In this document: positions 59,356 to 64,000 of the stretch, in pieces
How positions within the stretch are numbered: the stretch's first letter is position 1
Layout: each line of letters starts with the position of its first letter
Assembly (NCBI GenBank): GCA_963677595.1
Contig: OY782041.1
Span: 2,816,001-2,880,000 of the forward strand
Reading direction: 5' to 3'
DNA length: 64,000 nt
Origin: Spirochaetia bacterium
GTDB lineage: Bacteria > Spirochaetota > Spirochaetia > CAKZLE01
Made by a program: the position numbers and the translations under genes
Notes under the pieces: generated by a model
What the model was told of the DNA's origin: nothing
What the model saw: only the letters and a program-made list of their open reading frames with translations
Databases searched by the model: none

Positions 59356-60417
59356 CTACAGGACGTCTGCGAAGTTCACTTCGTAGTAGTCTTTCCTGAG
59401 TCTCTCCATCAGGTCCGCATCGTACTGACCGCTAGCGAATGCCCGCTCCCATACAGGGATCACGGCCTTCTTCATTGCGTTCTTCCATGCCCTGTCAGGA
59501 TAGACGACTTCGACGTTGTTCGCAGGGAGGGTCTTGTTGACATAGTCTGAGATAGCGTTCTTAGACAGGACGTTGTACTCATAGGAGATCTCGTTGACCA
59601 TGTCATCGAGGATGGTCTGCAGTGACGGGTCAAGGCCCTTGAACCAGTTCTCGTTGCTGACATAGAAGACTGACCCGTAGGTGTCGTGGATCAGGACCAG
59701 TTCCTTGATCACTTCTTCCAGGTTGAAGACCTCATGTCCTTCCTCTCCCTGGAGTACGGAGTCGACCGTCCCGTTCTGCAGTGAGGTGTACATGTTGATA
59801 CCGGCAACCGTCTGCATCCCGTATGCACCGCAGAGTTCATGGAACATGGGGTTGTTGGGGACTCGGACCTTCAGGTTCTGCCAGTCATCATAGGAATGGA
59901 CATCCTTGGTGAAGCTCAGGCACTTGAACCCTGAATAGACATAGTCATACACGTGGATACCGCCTTCAGCAGCGAACTCCTTGATCTTGTCCAGCATCCA
60001 GCCGCCTTCTTCATAGTCAGAAGCTGCCTGCTCGTCAGAGTCGAAGAGGAAAGGAAGGGAGATCCAGTCTCCGGCACCGGGGATCATCGTCGACATCTGG
60101 TCTACGGTATAGACTACGACCTGGATGTCTCCGTTCATCATCATCTGTGCTGATTCGACCTGGTTCCCGGCAGTACCTGCCTCGATCAGGTTACCGACCA
60201 TCTTGCCGCCTGATTTCGCTTCCAGTGTCTTAGCCATCTTGGCTACAGCCTGGCTGGCAAAGTTTCCGGTGTTCGGTGAGTAGAAGGTCACCCTGATAGG
60301 TTTGTCAGCTGCGGCAGCACTGTCTTTCTCCTGTGCTCCACCGGCAGTGACCAGCGAGGTTGCCATAACCAATACGAGTACCAACGCGATGAAAAGCTTC
60401 GTCCTAAACGATTTCAT
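59356..60417 (-). CDS. dctP: TRAP substrate-binding protein
   Basis: Signal peptide (AGGAQEK), LPFLF, LKVRVP and YTSLQNGTVD. Confidence 0.9.
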   Translation of the reverse strand: MKSFRTKLFIALVLVLVMATSLVTAGGAQEKDSAAAADKPIRVTFYSPNTGNFASQAVAKMAKTLEAKSGGKMVGNLIEAGTAGNQVESAQMMMNGDIQVVVYTVDQMSTMIPGAGDWISLPFLFDSDEQAASDYEEGGWMLDKIKEFAAEGGIHVYDYVYSGFKCLSFTKDVHSYDDWQNLKVRVPNNPMFHELCGAYGMQTVAGINMYTSLQNGTVDSVLQGEEGHEVFNLEEVIKELVLIHDTYGSVFYVSNENWFKGLDPSLQTILDDMVNEISYEYNVLSKNAISDYVNKTLPANNVEVVYPDRAWKNAMKKAVIPVWERAFASGQYDADLMERLRKDYYEVNFADVL

Positions 60418-60694
60418 ACAAAACCCCTCTTTGTTTTTATTATAAATCCCCTACGGGATCTATTTCCTTGGTATACCACTCAGGCAGCTGAGCTTGGGAA
60501 GGTCCCTTCCGCACTGGGACGGCCTTGGTCTGCATCATGCAGGCAGCTCCCGTATCTCTTGGATCAGTCCTTGGTGATAGGTGCAAAACAGGTATCATGT
60601 GCATCAGGTCACGATCATGAAAGTGCTATATCCTGGTCATTATCACTTTAGTATATGCTTGCACTAAGAATCTTTAATGCACAGTAATACAGGT

Positions 60695-60724
60695 ATTGTA
60701 ATCCTAAGAGTGATTGATTGTCAA
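60695..60724 (-). promoter_or_regulatory. dctP promoter, implying a leader of about 270 nt
   Basis: TTGACA-18-TACAAT on the minus strand. Confidence 0.65.
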
Positions 60725-61088
60725 ATAAAAAATGTAAATAAGTAATCATTGTAGGAGAATAAATAATCATAAGACAGCAATAAGTGATATTGATAAGATA
60801 ATAGTTGTGTATTGTATACAGTATAATTATATAGGGTTATACTGTGCTAGTACAGCTGGATGTGGTTTTGCCTATTACAGTATATGGTAATACAGGCTTG
60901 TATATGTATCATATTGTTGTTGTTACTGATCGAAACGAATGCACAGTATGTATGAGTCTGGTGGTGCCGACTTCCCGGCGGGAGCATGCCGATGCGGCCT
61001 GTGTATCGTAGAGGGCAGCCGGTATGGTGAAATATCATCACGCAGCAATTCGTAGTATGCTATAATCATCACAAGAGGAGGGGGATCT

Positions 61089-62123
61089 GTGGGAATGAAG
61101 AGGGGACGTACGATATCAAGGGGACTCATCGTGTTCCTGCTGATCATCGTTCTGCTCTCTGCCGGGACTGCCGGCTATATGCTCATCGCGGACCTCTCCC
61201 TCATCGATGCCCTCTACATGACGATCATCACCATCTCGACGGTAGGCTTTCGGGAGGTGACTGACTTGGATGCAGGGGGGAAGATCTTCACCATCCTCAT
61301 CATCCTCAGCGGTCTCGGTCTTGTATCCTATGCCGTGGTCCAGCTGGCATCGTTCCTGATCGAGGGCGGGGTGAAACAGATATTCAGGAGGCGGGCCATG
61401 AAGAACCGGATAGCCGAATTGCAGGAGCATATCATCATCTGCGGGGCAGGGCAGACCGGGGCGAGCGTCATCGAGCAGTTCAGGCTCGCCGGTACTCCGC
61501 ATGTGGTGGTCGAGCAGGATGAGGAGCGGATCAGGGAACTCGATGACGGCAGCCTCCTTGTCGTGAACGGGGATGCCACGAACGAGGATGTGCTCGAGGA
61601 AGCGGGGATCCTGCGTGCGAAGGGGGTGGTCTGCTGCCTGGATTCAGACGTCGACAACGTCTATGCGGTACTGACCGCAAGGGGTATGAACCCCAAGCTC
61701 CATATCGTCTCGCGTGCCATTGAGAAGGGGGCTGCAGAGAAGCTCAAGCGGGCCGGTGCAGACAAGACGATATCGCCGAACGAGCTCGGCGGGGCCAGGA
61801 TGGCCTATATGATGCTCCGTCCCCATGTCGTCTCCTTCCTCGATATCGTGACGAGGTTCGACGACGAGGTGCTCGACCTTGGTGAGGTCACCGTCGAGGC
61901 GGGGTCCCAGCTTGCCGAGACGATGCTGAAGGATTCGAAGCTTCCTGAGAAGACCGGCCTGATCATCATCGCCATGCGAAAACCACGGGGGAAGCTCCGG
62001 TTCAACCCCGGCCCACGAGAGGTCATGGTCCCCGGCTGCAGCGTGCTCGCGCTCGGCAAGTACGACCAGCTCGAGAAGCTGAAGCAGATGGCAAAGGGAC
62101 CGGAGGTGGAGGAACCCGCCTGA
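61089..62123 (+). CDS. 2-TM potassium channel with RCK (TrkA-N/C) domain, MthK/Kch-like
   Basis: Pore TISTVGFRE; IICGAGQTG and GDAT. Confidence 0.9.
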   Translation: MGMKRGRTISRGLIVFLLIIVLLSAGTAGYMLIADLSLIDALYMTIITISTVGFREVTDLDAGGKIFTILIILSGLGLVSYAVVQLASFLIEGGVKQIFRRRAMKNRIAELQEHIIICGAGQTGASVIEQFRLAGTPHVVVEQDEERIRELDDGSLLVVNGDATNEDVLEEAGILRAKGVVCCLDSDVDNVYAVLTARGMNPKLHIVSRAIEKGAAEKLKRAGADKTISPNELGGARMAYMMLRPHVVSFLDIVTRFDDEVLDLGEVTVEAGSQLAETMLKDSKLPEKTGLIIIAMRKPRGKLRFNPGPREVMVPGCSVLALGKYDQLEKLKQMAKGPEVEEPA

Positions 62124-62126
62124 GGA

Positions 62127-62877
62127 TCAGGAGGTAATGGTGATACCCAGCTCTTCGCAGTAATCGATCAGGGACCGGTACTCACGCTCCGCGATGGCCT
62201 TCAAGATCTTTCTGTCGAGCTTCTGATACTCATGAATAGCGCTTCCGGAAGCCTGTCATCCCCATCATCGCCTTCGCTGTCTTGTGGGATATGACGCTAG
62301 CGTTCTCGAGAACAAGGAATGCGGCTGCACTGTTCTCCGGCATGCCGAGCCGCTGCACTGCCACAATATGCTGGGCAAGGTCAATGGCAGCCTGGCATGC
62401 ACGCTCGATGTTCAGGATCATAGCATCGATATGGGTATAGTTGTCTAACGAGGGATTCGCTGCATACGCTTCGAGTATTCGCCGTATTGATCGCTCTATC
62501 ACAGCTGCCTTGCTGATGCTGATATTATCGTTGTCAGTAGCTATCTTCAGGATCGCTGCACGTATACATGCCATGCGATCCTCGTCTTTCACATAGACAG
62601 CCATGCCTTTCAGCAGGGCCTCACGGGAATAGGCCAGGCTCGTGCTGATGATATCTCCCAGGTCAACTGTTCGTGCTAGATCAAACGAGAGGTCCCCGAT
62701 CCATCGCATCTTCTCTGTTGCCGGAATACTGATACCTTGCTCTGCCATCACAGCTAGATCTATATCACTGTCGGGTCGGAGATTCCCCGTGACTGCACTT
62801 CCGAGCACGAAGACCGCGAGTATATGCTCCTTTCCTGCAACATACCGGGATACGACTTCCCTGATCCTTTCTACCAT
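62127..62877 (-). pseudogene. Fused MntA antitoxin-HepT (DUF86) toxin, frameshifted in the HEPN motif
   Basis: GS-X10-DID; ERACQAAIDLA; after GFRK the frame shifts to AIHEYQKLD...ITS* (62240-62127). Confidence 0.82.
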
Positions 62878-63022
62878 AAGGAGAGTATATCATGAAGGAG
62901 TGAATTAATGGAGCAAATGTGGGTGCATGGATTCTATCCAACTGAGCCTGGGCAGATGGTCTGTATGCTTCATGATCTTATGAGATCACCTAAATAGCAT
63001 TGTATCTCTCGGATCCTTGAAT

Positions 63023-63283
63023 CTATACACGCTGACTGGCGAGTGTTTTTCCCAATTCCCAGATATCATATCTATCTATATCAATCTCTTCATTCCAGGC
63101 AACGGCAAACCCGCTATCAATTACACGTACAGTGTTAAAGAACGTAACATTCTTGATAGGGCGAAACATCTCAAAGTCCTGAATATATGGGTGTACATCA
63201 AACTCTTTAATAGTACCATCCAGAAATTCTGTCTCAAGGTGAAAATCTGGTAGTGGAATAACTCGTTTAATTCTTGGAACCAT
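63023..63283 (-). CDS. DUF2442 antitoxin-like protein
   Basis: PRIKRVIPL..F.DG..K.FD and AVAWNEEIDI; AGGAGG RBS. Confidence 0.85.
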   Translation of the reverse strand: MVPRIKRVIPLPDFHLETEFLDGTIKEFDVHPYIQDFEMFRPIKNVTFFNTVRVIDSGFAVAWNEEIDIDRYDIWELGKTLASQRV

Positions 63284-63293
63284 GTACTCCCTC

Positions 63294-63547
63294 CTACTGA
63301 TGAGGTGCGATCTTATTGAATATCTGGTCTTCCCAGATAGCCAGAAGTTCGGTTTTATGAAGATTCGCCCACTCTTTCACGAGAGTGAGAGCTCGAACAG
63401 GTAGATCACCGACGATTACGTCTAGTGACTGTATATCTATTTCAGCTATATATTCACCGTACAGCGCATGAAAGTGCGGAGGTGGTGTTCACTTTTCCGG
63501 AAATACATCTTTATGATGATTCCATAAAATCTGGATATTTCTGGCAT
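63294..63547 (-). pseudogene. DUF4160 toxin-like gene with a 1-bp deletion
   Basis: MPEISRFYGIIIKMYF..EH /fs/ PHFHALYGEY...GDLP..LVKEW; 254 nt long (3n-1). Confidence 0.85.
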
Positions 63548-63616
63548 TCCAACTTCTTTCGTATGGATGAATCATACCACATCATGGCAGTATTTCCAAA
63601 TACCCACCCGACAGAA

Positions 63617-63814
63617 TCAAGGTAGTGAGCCTTCCCCACATTGCTCGATCAACTTCTGGAATTGCTCCCTTCCGGTGGTTCGTATTCCAGAGATCCCATG
63701 ATCAACAAACACACCGGCGAACACCCAACCGGGATGCTGCTAAAATGAACTGCGTGTAATACTGATCTGGTTTACAAGCGAATGCTCATAATCTCTCGAG
63801 ACACGGGCATAGGC
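63617..63814 (-). pseudogene. Serine recombinase catalytic-domain relic
   Basis: AYARVS..HSLVNQI /fs/ YYTQFI /fs/ QHPGWVFAGVFVDHGISG..GREQFQKLIEQC, then truncated. Confidence 0.8.
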
Positions 63815-64000
63815 GTGGAGTAGGGTGCACGTGTGGTAGGAAGTTCCACGATAGATGAGCCCCTTCCTGGACGTTTATGCGTCTTTTTACCTCTTTGTTT
63901 CAACTGTCATGACAATTCCCCAAAATTCTTGAATCAAATCCACCCAAATCATGTTTATAACTTATAGATAGATACAAGGAGGCATAAGCCATGAACAATC

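Noticed and set aside
1-64000. CRISPR arrays, tRNA, rRNA and integron attC arrays
   Set aside because: No regularly spaced repeats or RNA gene signatures were recognised; a covariance-model search was not possible.

Overview
This is a high-GC3 chromosomal window that looks spirochaetal (inferred from the V/A-type ATPase, archaeal-type PyrH, a DbpA-RBD protein and AxG-QE-type signal peptides). The backbone carries, in order: a GH78 rhamnosidase, a Fur-like regulator with livKHMGF and a CBS/ACT gene, infA, dksA, mltG, phoA with a YibE/F gene, a LacI-amylosucrase-GH65/beta-PGM operon, deoC, pyrH, a NikR-like regulator with a FecBCD-type ABC operon, a complete V/A-ATPase operon with USP and PTS-IIA, TetR/MATE, three c-di-GMP enzymes, an IS1634-like transposase, a TRAP transporter and an RCK-gated K+ channel. 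There are three lower-GC accessory patches: an AbiL-like ATPase plus RloB cassette (about 2.2-4.2 kb), an orphan MNT cassette (about 26 kb) and a decaying TA/serine-recombinase island at the right edge. Main observations: (1) both small cassettes lack an integrase and sit between two copies of the 3' end of the neighbouring host gene; (2) all three toxin genes are destroyed while their antitoxin frames stay open; (3) both metalloregulators have lost canonical metal ligands yet have clear candidate operators, and the NikR-like one heads a transporter, an unknown protein and a nucleoside-kinase-like gene; (4) there are long structured leaders before the ATPase and TRAP operons. I recognised no rRNA, tRNA or CRISPR array. 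All calls are by eye, with no database searches.
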